Part shown: positions 6,150-14,659 of the stretch, piece by piece | Position numbering within the stretch: position 1 is the first letter of the stretch | Layout of the letters: each line of letters opens with the position of its first letter | Virus record (IMG/VR): IMGVR_UViG_3300017754_000635 | Reading direction: 5' to 3' (one strand) | DNA length: 20,000 nucleotides | From: an uncultured virus (IMG/VR IMGVR_UViG_3300017754_000635) | Lineage: Duplodnaviria; Heunggongvirae; Uroviricota; Caudoviricetes | Position numbers and translations under genes: made by a program | The notes under the pieces: model-generated | Databases searched by the model: none | What the model was told of the DNA's origin: nothing | The model's input: the letters and a program-made list of their open reading frames with translations, nothing else

Positions 6150-8057
6150 ATGCCATTACAGAAATTACAATTTCGCCCCGGCGTAAACCGCGAAGGCACA
6201 ACGCTTGCCAACGAGGGCGGCTGGTACGACTGCGACAAGATTCGGTTCCGCTCTGGCTACCCCGAGAAGATTGGCGGCTGGGCTGCGCTGTCGTACAACA
6301 CGTTTCTTGGCGTGTGTCGGTCATTGTGGAATTGGGTAACACTTAAAAGCTACAACCTGCTGGGCGTTGGCACGAACCTGAAGTTCTATGTTGAAGACGG
6401 CGGTGATTACTACGACATCACACCCATACGCGAGATAAACGGCAACACCCCTTCTGCGGGGCCACCCGTAGTCAACGCCTCTACAATCACGCTTACTGCC
6501 AGCGGCACAACAATGACGGTGTCGGACAGCGCCGCAGATAGCCTACAGGCTAATGATTTTGTAACCATTGCCGGTGCCGGTACGATTGGCGGCGTGAACG
6601 TTAATGGCGAATATCAAATTACGACCGTTACATCAGGCACTACTTACACAGTTACGCTAACTACACCAGCAACAGGGTCTAACTCTGCGGCAACAATTAC
6701 AATTGCTTACCAGATCAATACAGGCTTTCCTATCTACACCATCGGTACTGGCTGGGGCACTGGTTCTTGGTCCCGTGGTACATGGGGTTCCGGCTTTACA
6801 ACCGGCTTTGGTTTGCAATTGCGCCTCTGGAGTCAGTCTAATTTTGGTGAAGACCTTCTATTCTCACCACGCGGCGGCGCTCTTTACTTGTGGCAACCCG
6901 GTGCTGGGGCAACACCTGCATACGGTACTCGCGGTACTTTGATTTCTGGTTTGGATGTGCCGTCCCAGATTAACCAGATTATGGTGTCAGACACCTCACG
7001 GATTGTGATTGCGTTTGGCTGTAACGACTACGGCGCTTATGGCACAACCACCCAAGACCCCCTGCTTATCCGCTGGACAGAGCAAGAGAGCTATACAAAC
7101 TGGACTCCGGCGGCGACAAACCAAGCAGGTAGCTACCGCCTTTCACATGGCTCAGAAATTGTTGGCGCGATGCAGACTCGTCAAGAAATCGTGGTATGGA
7201 CTGACGCATCAATTTACTCAATGCAGTATCTTGGACCCCCGTTTGTCTACGGCTTCACACTGCTTGCCGACAACATCTCCATCGTCTCTCCCAACGCTAT
7301 GGCAACTGCTGCCGGTGTGGTGTACTGGATGGGGGTCGATAAGTTTTACATTTACTCTGGCCGTGTGGAGACACTGCCCTGCTCGGTGCGTCAGTTTATC
7401 TTCAACGACATTAACCGTGACCAAGAAGCGCAGTTTAACGCTGGCACCAACGAGGGCTACTCAGAAGTCTGGTGGAATTACTGCTCCAAGAACTCGACTG
7501 TCGTAGACCGCTACGTCATCTTTAACTACCTTGACCGAGTCTGGTATTACGGTACGCTAGATCGTACGGCTTGGCTGGACTCACCGCTGCGTCAGTTCCC
7601 AATGGGGGCAACTGCTGGGAATATTATTGTGTTCCACGAAGCGGCGGTGGACGACGGTAGTACAAACCCACCCAGCCCAATCAATGCGTACATACAGTCG
7701 TCAGACTTTGATATTGGTGACGGGCACAACTACGGGTTTGTTTGGCGTATCCTGCCCGATATTACGTTTGATGGGTCAGATACCACAGGTGCCACAAGCG
7801 ACAAGCCGTTTGTCACGTTTACAGTGCGCCCACGTCAAAACCCCGGCTCTGCATACGGTGTGGCGGCAACCCCGAATGTGACCTCAGCGCAAAGCTACGC
7901 TGGGCAGACTACCTACACTGTGCAGCAGTTCACAGAGATTGTGTATAGCCGAGTGCGCGGCAGACAGATGGCATTTAAAGTTGAATCAGATTCAATCGGT
8001 ACGCAGTGGCAGTTGGGTGTCCCCCGTATGGATGTTCGTCCGGATGGTAGAAACTAA
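6150..8057 (+). CDS. Tail hub / head-closure 'DNA stabilisation' protein (P22 gp10 / tail tubular B-like beta-propeller)
   Basis: 635 aa from ATG 6150. This start is preferred over GTG 6123 because AGGT lies at 6141-6144 and it avoids overlap. W/Y/G-rich beta repeats (LIRWTEQE, VYWMGVDKFYIYSGRVETLPCSV, RVRGRQMAFKVES), a Thr-rich insertion at about 6483-6660 resembling the small E1-FCCH-like domain of phage tail proteins, and a GWGTGSWSRGTWG motif. Size and position fit. Confidence 0.7.
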   Translation: MPLQKLQFRPGVNREGTTLANEGGWYDCDKIRFRSGYPEKIGGWAALSYNTFLGVCRSLWNWVTLKSYNLLGVGTNLKFYVEDGGDYYDITPIREINGNTPSAGPPVVNASTITLTASGTTMTVSDSAADSLQANDFVTIAGAGTIGGVNVNGEYQITTVTSGTTYTVTLTTPATGSNSAATITIAYQINTGFPIYTIGTGWGTGSWSRGTWGSGFTTGFGLQLRLWSQSNFGEDLLFSPRGGALYLWQPGAGATPAYGTRGTLISGLDVPSQINQIMVSDTSRIVIAFGCNDYGAYGTTTQDPLLIRWTEQESYTNWTPAATNQAGSYRLSHGSEIVGAMQTRQEIVVWTDASIYSMQYLGPPFVYGFTLLADNISIVSPNAMATAAGVVYWMGVDKFYIYSGRVETLPCSVRQFIFNDINRDQEAQFNAGTNEGYSEVWWNYCSKNSTVVDRYVIFNYLDRVWYYGTLDRTAWLDSPLRQFPMGATAGNIIVFHEAAVDDGSTNPPSPINAYIQSSDFDIGDGHNYGFVWRILPDITFDGSDTTGATSDKPFVTFTVRPRQNPGSAYGVAATPNVTSAQSYAGQTTYTVQQFTEIVYSRVRGRQMAFKVESDSIGTQWQLGVPRMDVRPDGRN

Positions 8058-8728
8058 TGGCTGGCAGAGACAAACTTGATGTCACGAAAGCCCCGGCGCT
8101 GCCGTTTGCGCCGGTTCAGTACGACCGCTCCTATTCCGACACTACCCACAACATCCTGCGGCAGTACTTCAATACGCTGGACAATGTAACAGGCCAGCTT
8201 CTGTCCAACGCGGGTGGGCACTACCTGACTTTCCCCCACATAGCGGCGCGGGACACTACGGATCAATACGCCACGGCAAATAACACGCCGACCAAGGTTC
8301 TGTGGAATACGCTGGACTCGGGACTTGGGTTTACCTTGAACCCAAATAGCACGGCAACGCCTGAGTACACAGGTGTGTACAACATCGAATTTACTTTACA
8401 ATTTTTTAACACAGCTACCCAGATTCACGATGCGTATATCTGGCTGCGTATAGACAATGTGGATGTTGATGGGTCTGGCAGTATCTTCTCCATCCCAAAC
8501 AGCCACGGCGGCACCCCCGGTGCGCTGGCAGCAACAGCTAGTGTTACGTTTCAAATCACAGGTGGGGAAGAAGTGGCATTGTGGTGGGTAACTGATTTAG
8601 CGGCAACGTCAGGAGGGGTGAATGGTGTATACCTGCACGAAGCCCCAGCCCGAACCGTCCCATTTGCGATGCCCAGTATTCCTTCGGCCAGAGGGGCAAT
8701 TACCTTTGTTAGTGGGGTAATCGCATGA
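8057..8728 (+). CDS. Putative tail needle/spike with a C-terminal C1q/TNF-like knob
   Basis: 223 aa. N-terminal PALPFAPVQYD...ILRQYFNTLD helix followed by a beta-sandwich pattern (TGVYNIEFTLQF...AYIWLRIDNVDV...GEEVALWW). It sits in the gp26 (needle) position after the gp10-like gene. Confidence 0.55.
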   Translation: MAGRDKLDVTKAPALPFAPVQYDRSYSDTTHNILRQYFNTLDNVTGQLLSNAGGHYLTFPHIAARDTTDQYATANNTPTKVLWNTLDSGLGFTLNPNSTATPEYTGVYNIEFTLQFFNTATQIHDAYIWLRIDNVDVDGSGSIFSIPNSHGGTPGALAATASVTFQITGGEEVALWWVTDLAATSGGVNGVYLHEAPARTVPFAMPSIPSARGAITFVSGVIA

Positions 8729-8734
8729 TAAACT
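8706..8734 (+). promoter_or_regulatory. Candidate sigma70-type promoter for the ejection-protein genes
   Basis: TTGTTA (8706-8711), a 17-nt spacer, then TAAACT (8729-8734) with an extended -10 TG at 8726-8727. It runs into the longest intergenic gap in the window, which is AT-rich. Shine-Dalgarno GAGGT at 8754-8758 precedes ATG 8763. Confidence 0.45.
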
Positions 8735-8762
8735 TTGACAAATTTTTCAGGATGAGGTAGCG

Positions 8763-11159
8763 ATGAGCCTCCACGATTCAGCCAACCAAGTACAGTCCGC
8801 CGGGCGCGGAGACGACAAAGTCCTCGTTCATATGACCCCCGGTGAGGTCAGCGGACTTCAATCCCTTGCGATGGCGCACGGTGGCTCCCTCACGATCAAC
8901 CCCCACACAGGTCTGCCCGAAGCAGGGTTCTTGTCATCGCTTCTGCCAATGGCTATTGGCTTTGGTCTGGCCCCGCTTACCGGCGGTTTGTCCGCCGCGC
9001 TTATTACAGGTGCTGGATATACCGCTGCCACCGGCAGTCTGAAGAAAGGCATCATGGCGGGTCTCGGCGCTTACAGCGGCGCTGGGTTGGCTGGCGGGTT
9101 AAATGCTATGGGCGCGCAAGCAAGTCAGGGCGCTGGGATTGGCGTAAATGCAGCAAATGCGGGTAAGGAAATTGGGGTAAACCTTGCAAACGCCGGGACG
9201 AACATTGGGGCGCAAGTGCCCTCAAACATGCTTGCTAACACAGCTAACATAGTTGACGATGCCGCACTAGCCAACCTTAACAGTTTTGGCCCAAACGCAG
9301 GGGGTATAGGGCTAAACACAGGACTTGGCGCAAACACAGGTGTAGGGCTAAAGGCGGGCTATACAGGTTATGGACCGCAGCTAAATGCAATGGGCGGTCC
9401 TTCCGCACCAATTAATGCGCCTGTTGACGCGGGTTTCCAGTCTCCAATCAGTCCGGGGTCTGAATACTTTAAAGAAATCGGCACCAAAATCCGAGACGTA
9501 CCGGCTGTATCACACGGCCCAACACAACTGCATTTCAGCCCTGCGGACAAGGCGGCGCTTTACCCAGAGGCACCTACCATAATTGACCCGCTGAACCCCA
9601 ACGCGTACGTAAGAACAAGCGTAGGACCTTACGAACAAGGGTTGCTTGCGCCCGGAGCTGGGGAACCACCTTGGGCAATAGCGGCAAAAATGCGTAACGC
9701 CCCAGTTCCATCCCCATCCCCCATAGATGCAAACTCTACGTACTTTAAAGACATTAACGCCAAAATCCGAGACGTACCGGCTGTATCAGAAACAACCGCC
9801 GTAAAACGAGGTTTTGTTGGCCGAGAAGAAATTCCACCGCTTCCTGATGCAGCTGTACAAACGGCACCAATCAGCCGCCCTTATACCGACTACATGACAC
9901 AGGTTGGTCGGGGCGCTAAAAATGTATACGAAGGCGGTATGCAGGGGTTGAAAGATTTGTATGCAGCATCGGAGGCCGCAGCACCTTATTCGGGTTTGGC
10001 TGGGCTGGGCAGCACCGCGTACACATACTACGACGAGAAGCGGCAGGAGATGGAAGATGAGATGCGCCGCCGTGCGCAGCAGTCCCCCGGCATGATCCGT
10101 CCATATACGTTTGACTACGGCGCAGGAAATGTATCTGCTCAACCATATTACGGTAGTGCGGAGCGCACGTACTTTCAACCAACCTATACTGAACTTCCCG
10201 CATACGAAGCGCCGGGGCCTGAGTACAACAAAGCAGCAGAGGGCGGTTTGATGGAGTACGCAGTTGGGGGGCCGGTTGAGCAGATGTCGGCCATGAACGC
10301 TATTGGTGCAAATGCAGGATACCCGATGGCAAATATCAACACGCCGTTGTACAGCAACCCCATGATGCAGCGTCCCGAAGCCACGAATGTAATTGCGCCG
10401 AGTGCCGGAGCCAATGTGGGTGCTTACTCTGGTGAAGCACGGTTTGCAAAAGGCGGCGGAACCGCAGAACCAGCAAGCTCTGGGTACACATACTCTTACG
10501 ATCCAAACACAACCCAGTTTACACAGACGGGTGGTCCGGGAGCAATGCCATCTGGCAAAGATTTAGCTAACGGTCTTGGTGCGCAAGACATGCTTCATCG
10601 TTTTATTGAGATGCAAGCAACTGGCAAGCCGTATAACTTTACGCCAAGCTGGGCGCAAAGCACCGCAACACCCAACGGACCAGTTAGCGGCGGCGTAGCT
10701 GCTCCCATGATGCAACCCGCAGCTCCGGCTCAATCGTTTATTCCAAACATCAACGTCCCTGCGTATCAGACACCTGAGCAGCAGCTTGGTCTGGGCGGGT
10801 TCTATGACTACATGAACCAGCAGATGGGTGGTTACGGTGGTTACGCTGGAGGCGGTAACGTTGGTGGCGTGTCAACACTTGGGGATTATTCTGATGGTGG
10901 TCGTCTTTTGAAAGGTCCGGGCGATGGTGTTTCTGACTCTATTCCTGCTTCTATTGGTAATCGCCAGCCTGCCCGTCTTGCTGATGGAGAATTTGTCGTG
11001 CCTGCCCGAATTGTTTCGGAGATCGGTAACGGCAGTACTGAAGCGGGTGCGCGAAAGCTTTACGCGATGATGGATCGTGTGCAGAAAGCACGACGCAAGA
11101 CTGTTGGCAAAAATCAGGTAGCACGTAATACGAAAGCTGAAAAACTGTTACCCGCATGA
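8763..11159 (+). CDS. Internal virion / DNA-ejection (pilot) protein
   Basis: 798 aa, G/A/P-rich, no Cys seen. N-terminal GRGDDKVLVHMTPGE...INPHTGLPE motif, then a Gly/Ala hydrophobic segment, multiple xAxGG motifs, and a C-terminal GPGDGVSDSIPA...LADGEFVVPA module. Confidence 0.7.
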   Translation: MSLHDSANQVQSAGRGDDKVLVHMTPGEVSGLQSLAMAHGGSLTINPHTGLPEAGFLSSLLPMAIGFGLAPLTGGLSAALITGAGYTAATGSLKKGIMAGLGAYSGAGLAGGLNAMGAQASQGAGIGVNAANAGKEIGVNLANAGTNIGAQVPSNMLANTANIVDDAALANLNSFGPNAGGIGLNTGLGANTGVGLKAGYTGYGPQLNAMGGPSAPINAPVDAGFQSPISPGSEYFKEIGTKIRDVPAVSHGPTQLHFSPADKAALYPEAPTIIDPLNPNAYVRTSVGPYEQGLLAPGAGEPPWAIAAKMRNAPVPSPSPIDANSTYFKDINAKIRDVPAVSETTAVKRGFVGREEIPPLPDAAVQTAPISRPYTDYMTQVGRGAKNVYEGGMQGLKDLYAASEAAAPYSGLAGLGSTAYTYYDEKRQEMEDEMRRRAQQSPGMIRPYTFDYGAGNVSAQPYYGSAERTYFQPTYTELPAYEAPGPEYNKAAEGGLMEYAVGGPVEQMSAMNAIGANAGYPMANINTPLYSNPMMQRPEATNVIAPSAGANVGAYSGEARFAKGGGTAEPASSGYTYSYDPNTTQFTQTGGPGAMPSGKDLANGLGAQDMLHRFIEMQATGKPYNFTPSWAQSTATPNGPVSGGVAAPMMQPAAPAQSFIPNINVPAYQTPEQQLGLGGFYDYMNQQMGGYGGYAGGGNVGGVSTLGDYSDGGRLLKGPGDGVSDSIPASIGNRQPARLADGEFVVPARIVSEIGNGSTEAGARKLYAMMDRVQKARRKTVGKNQVARNTKAEKLLPA
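9465..9788 (+). repeat. 48-bp direct repeat pair (9465-9512 and 9741-9788), in frame
   Basis: 43 of 48 bases are identical, including a perfect 29-mer CCAAAATCCGAGACGTACCGGCTGTATCA. Encodes YFKEIGTKIRDVPAVS and YFKDINAKIRDVPAVS, spaced 276 nt apart. Confidence 0.95.
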
Positions 11160-11608
11160 CAACGCTTGTTTATGCAGACTGCGACCCGTTTGCATTTGTG
11201 GAAGAACTTAAAAAACTCTTCCCACTGCATTATGAAGAGTTGTGTGTGACTAAAGATTTTCCGTTGACCCCTGACTACGATGCGTACAAGAGGCTGGCAG
11301 ATGCAGGGATGTTGCGTTGTATTACGGTACGTGCAGATGAAGAAGTAATTGGGTACGCAATCTTTATTGTCCAACCCCACCTGCACTACATGACTTGCAA
11401 AACGGCATTCGAAGATATTTATTACATACGCCCGGATTATCGCAAAGGGCGCGTTGGCATCAGGCTGTTTAAATACGCTGAAGAAGTGCTGAAAGGTATT
11501 GGGGTAAATCGAATCATCATGCACACAAAAATTCATATGGACAACTCCAAGTTGTTTGAATACTTGGGGTATAAGTGGACAGATAAACTGTTCACCAAGA
11601 TTTTGTAG
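11156..11608 (+). CDS. GNAT-family acyl/acetyltransferase (positional analogue of P22 gp14 / T7 gp13)
   Basis: 150 aa. EEVIGYAIF...EDIYYIRPDYRKGRVGIRLFKYAEE (acyl-CoA-binding motif A) and KLFEYLGY (motif B). ATGA overlap with the upstream gene. Confidence 0.88.
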   Translation: MTTLVYADCDPFAFVEELKKLFPLHYEELCVTKDFPLTPDYDAYKRLADAGMLRCITVRADEEVIGYAIFIVQPHLHYMTCKTAFEDIYYIRPDYRKGRVGIRLFKYAEEVLKGIGVNRIIMHTKIHMDNSKLFEYLGYKWTDKLFTKIL

Positions 11609-11616
11609 GGGTCATA

Positions 11617-12711
11617 ATGACTTACTCACGCAGACAACTTGAATACTTTGGCGAGCCGTTGGGAGAGTGCGTAACACGCTTAAAGCCCGGCGGTCGTATC
11701 TATGGTGGCGGCAGCTCACCTTCCACGCCTGAAAAGCAAACCATTGAGCAAACCAGTATCCCAGAATACGCCAAGCCGTATGTGGAGAAGATGCTGGGTA
11801 AGACGGAAGCACTTACAAACGCCCCTTACCAAACATACCAAGGTGAGCGGATTGCCGGGTTTACCCCGATGCAGCAACAGTCGCAGCAAGCAGCGGCAAA
11901 CTTGGGGCCAGCCAAGCAGTTGGGTGTTGGTACACAGATGGCAGGTCTTGCCGGTCTAGGTGCAATGGGTGCGGGTCAGCAATATCAGCAGATGGCTACA
12001 AACCCCTACGCTATGCAAGCGTATATGTCGCCGTATGTGGAAAGCGCATTAGCTCCTCAGTTGCGTGAAGCGCAACGGCAATCCGCCATACTGGGCCAAC
12101 AAAACCAAGCACAAGCTGTACAGCAAGGTGCTTTTGGTGGTTCGCGGTCGGCCATCGTAGAAGCAGAACGCCAGCGTAATCTGCAAAACCAGATGGGGGA
12201 CATTTACGGCAGGGGTATGCAGTCAGCCTTTGAGCAAGCTCAACGCGCACAGCAGTTTGGCTCCACGCTGGGGCTGCAAGGTATGCAAACCGCAGGTCAA
12301 CTGGCAGGTACATTGGGTCAGTTGGGGCAGACGCAGTTTGGGCAGCAGCAACAAGCACTTCAAACTCAAGCTCAGATGGGGCAGCAGCAACAGGCTCTGG
12401 AGCAACAGCGTCTGGCACAACAGTATCAAGACTTTGCAGACCAACGTCAGCACCCCTATCAGCAGCTGGCATTTATGTCCGACATGCTGCGCGGCTTGCC
12501 CCTGTCTCAAACAGCGCAGACAATGTACCAAGCGCCGCCATCCATGATTTCTCAGCTTGGTGGTTTGGGTCTGGCTGCGTACGGTATGTTTGGTAACCCA
12601 CAAGCCCCACAATCAACGGGAAGAGCTGAAGGCGGCTTGCTTGAAGAAAATGATTCGGCTCCGGGTTTGGGCGAGCTGGCGCTGCAAAACATGATGAAAA
12701 AGAAAGCGTGA
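11617..12711 (+). CDS. Gln-rich DNA-ejection protein (P22 gp7-like position)
   Basis: 364 aa helical Q/A/G/M-rich protein. An N-terminal leader is followed by GGGSS...IPEYAKPY, an internal GAFGGSR motif, a C-terminal hydrophobic LGGLGLAAYGMFG and RAEGG. It follows the GNAT gene. Confidence 0.7.
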   Translation: MTYSRRQLEYFGEPLGECVTRLKPGGRIYGGGSSPSTPEKQTIEQTSIPEYAKPYVEKMLGKTEALTNAPYQTYQGERIAGFTPMQQQSQQAAANLGPAKQLGVGTQMAGLAGLGAMGAGQQYQQMATNPYAMQAYMSPYVESALAPQLREAQRQSAILGQQNQAQAVQQGAFGGSRSAIVEAERQRNLQNQMGDIYGRGMQSAFEQAQRAQQFGSTLGLQGMQTAGQLAGTLGQLGQTQFGQQQQALQTQAQMGQQQQALEQQRLAQQYQDFADQRQHPYQQLAFMSDMLRGLPLSQTAQTMYQAPPSMISQLGGLGLAAYGMFGNPQAPQSTGRAEGGLLEENDSAPGLGELALQNMMKKKA

Positions 12712-12718
12712 GGCAACT

Positions 12719-14647
12719 ATGACTATGCGCACTGGCGTGACTGACGGCTTGAAATCGATCAATGCTTACTACAAAGCAGCAATGATGCTGCCGGTTGAAC
12801 AGCTGCAAGCTATTGTTCGTGGTACAGATAAAGGCAGTGCAGTCCGTATCCCAGCAACGATTGCAATGATGGCGCTTGAAGCCAAGATGCCGCAGGTTAC
12901 TGCCGCCCAAGGTCAACAAGCTATACAACAGCCACAACAGCCGTCCGTCCGCGATGAGTTAGCCCAAAAAGTTAGTATGCTGCCGGAAAACATCGGTGTG
13001 GGCGCTTTGCCAGCTCAGAACATGGAGTCCATGGATATGGCCGAAGGCGGCATCGTGGCGTTTGCTGGAAAAGATAGCAGTGTGGTTGAGGATACATCTT
13101 CCCCAATAGGGCGGTTTTTTGAAAATTTTAGATCACCAACAGCCGCCCAAGATTACGCTGCACAACAAAAACGTCTTGAGCAAGAAAGAGCGTTGGCTGC
13201 AAAGTTGCAACAACTTGAAGGGTATGGTTTTGCGCAGCAGACTCCCGCACAGCAAGCAGAAGCAGAAAGAGTACGAAAAGAACTTGACGCGTTAAGAGGT
13301 AGTCGCACACCAACAGCAACAACAACAGCAGCTCCTGCACTAGAGCAGTACCAAGCCCCACCTCCTGTGGAGAAAAAAGCAGGTTGGGCGGTTGAAGGCA
13401 CAAAGCCGGGTCGCCGAGTGGTGGACAAAAAGGGCAATGTAACTTTTATACCGGGCGATCCTTCACGCGCGTTACCCCCAATAAACGAGGGGGACGTTTA
13501 TACGCATCGTCCTCTTCCCCCCAATTCGCCGTACTTAGACCCAAACACGTATCAAAATGTTGGGGGTCCTTTTAATTTAAAAACAGAGGCCGGCAGAAAC
13601 GCCGCAGCAAATCAAAGGCGCGGCGTTGTAACGCAAAATAACAAAGACGTTCCTACAACAGAAACTAAAAGAGACGGCACCCCACCGTCAGCAGCAACTC
13701 CGTCCGATTTGAAGAGCCTTATTAAAGACGTATCTGATGCGTCGGGCGCTAATAAAATTGCTGAAGGGTATACCGGCATTGAGCGCCTTATTGAAAAGCA
13801 AAACCAAGACGAACTTAAACGCTACAAAGAACGTCCGCAGTACGAGCCGTACAAAAAGTACGAAGAAAGCTTAAAGAGCGAAGAAGAGAAAGTAAAAGAC
13901 AAGAAAAACGAAAACTTTCAGTTGGCGCTTATCAATGCAGGTCTGGCTATTGCGGGCGGCAGCTCTCGTTACGCGCTTCAAAACATTGGTCAAGGAGCAC
14001 AGGTTGGTACCAAGCAGTACGCTGAAGGCTTAAAAACTCTGGAGGCTGCGGCAAAAGAACGCCAGAAAGCGTTTGCCATGATTGAAGAAGCCCGTAACGC
14101 CAAGGCCGAAAAAGACTTTGACCGTTACGACACAATGATGAACAGGCAGTCAGAGCGGGCAATTAGGGCAAAAGAGCTTGGTATTGAGGGTCTTGCAAAA
14201 GTACTGAACATAACGGTGCCGCAAGCTACAAATATTTACACCACCTTGAAGACCAACGCATCGCGTGAAGCAATTGCTGCGGCAAACGATCAAGTGCAAC
14301 GAGAGAAAATTGCTGCGGATGAACGTGGCAATCTGTTGCAATATAAAGTAGGCATGGCTAATGCGGCTTCAAACGCAGGGTACAGAGATGCAATGCTAGA
14401 GCAGAATATGATTCAAAAGCGGTTGACGGCAGAGCAGCGCGGTCAGACGGAGTACGATAACTTCATGAAAACGCCGCAAGGCAATGCTTTGTCGATTAAA
14501 TCTATGACTGACCCGGCAACGGCAAAGTATTTGAACGAGTTGCGTAATTACTTTAAACAGGAGGCTTATACAGGGGTAGGTTTGACATATGCTCCAATAA
14601 AAAACCCTTCTGATAGTGGTTTTAAAGTACTCGGCCCCGTAAAATAA
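12719..14647 (+). CDS. Internal virion / DNA-ejection protein (P22 gp20-like position)
   Basis: 642 aa helical A/Q/K/E-rich protein, no Cys seen. Contains MAEGGIVAFA and a hydrophobic LALINAGLAIAGG segment. GAGG Shine-Dalgarno upstream. Confidence 0.65.
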   Translation: MTMRTGVTDGLKSINAYYKAAMMLPVEQLQAIVRGTDKGSAVRIPATIAMMALEAKMPQVTAAQGQQAIQQPQQPSVRDELAQKVSMLPENIGVGALPAQNMESMDMAEGGIVAFAGKDSSVVEDTSSPIGRFFENFRSPTAAQDYAAQQKRLEQERALAAKLQQLEGYGFAQQTPAQQAEAERVRKELDALRGSRTPTATTTAAPALEQYQAPPPVEKKAGWAVEGTKPGRRVVDKKGNVTFIPGDPSRALPPINEGDVYTHRPLPPNSPYLDPNTYQNVGGPFNLKTEAGRNAAANQRRGVVTQNNKDVPTTETKRDGTPPSAATPSDLKSLIKDVSDASGANKIAEGYTGIERLIEKQNQDELKRYKERPQYEPYKKYEESLKSEEEKVKDKKNENFQLALINAGLAIAGGSSRYALQNIGQGAQVGTKQYAEGLKTLEAAAKERQKAFAMIEEARNAKAEKDFDRYDTMMNRQSERAIRAKELGIEGLAKVLNITVPQATNIYTTLKTNASREAIAAANDQVQREKIAADERGNLLQYKVGMANAASNAGYRDAMLEQNMIQKRLTAEQRGQTEYDNFMKTPQGNALSIKSMTDPATAKYLNELRNYFKQEAYTGVGLTYAPIKNPSDSGFKVLGPVK

Positions 14648-14659
14648 ACAGGAACGCAC

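Noticed and set aside
8735..8740. Perfect TTGACA as a -35 element
   Set aside because: The hexamer 17 nt downstream (TAGCGA) is a poor -10 and overlaps the RBS and start codon. The upstream TTGTTA/TAAACT pair fits better.
9465..9788. The 29-48 bp repeat pair as a CRISPR mini-array, att site or DGR template/variable repeat
   Set aside because: There are only two copies, both in frame inside one gene and 276 nt apart. The mismatches are not confined to adenines of one copy, and no cas, integrase or reverse transcriptase gene is in the window.
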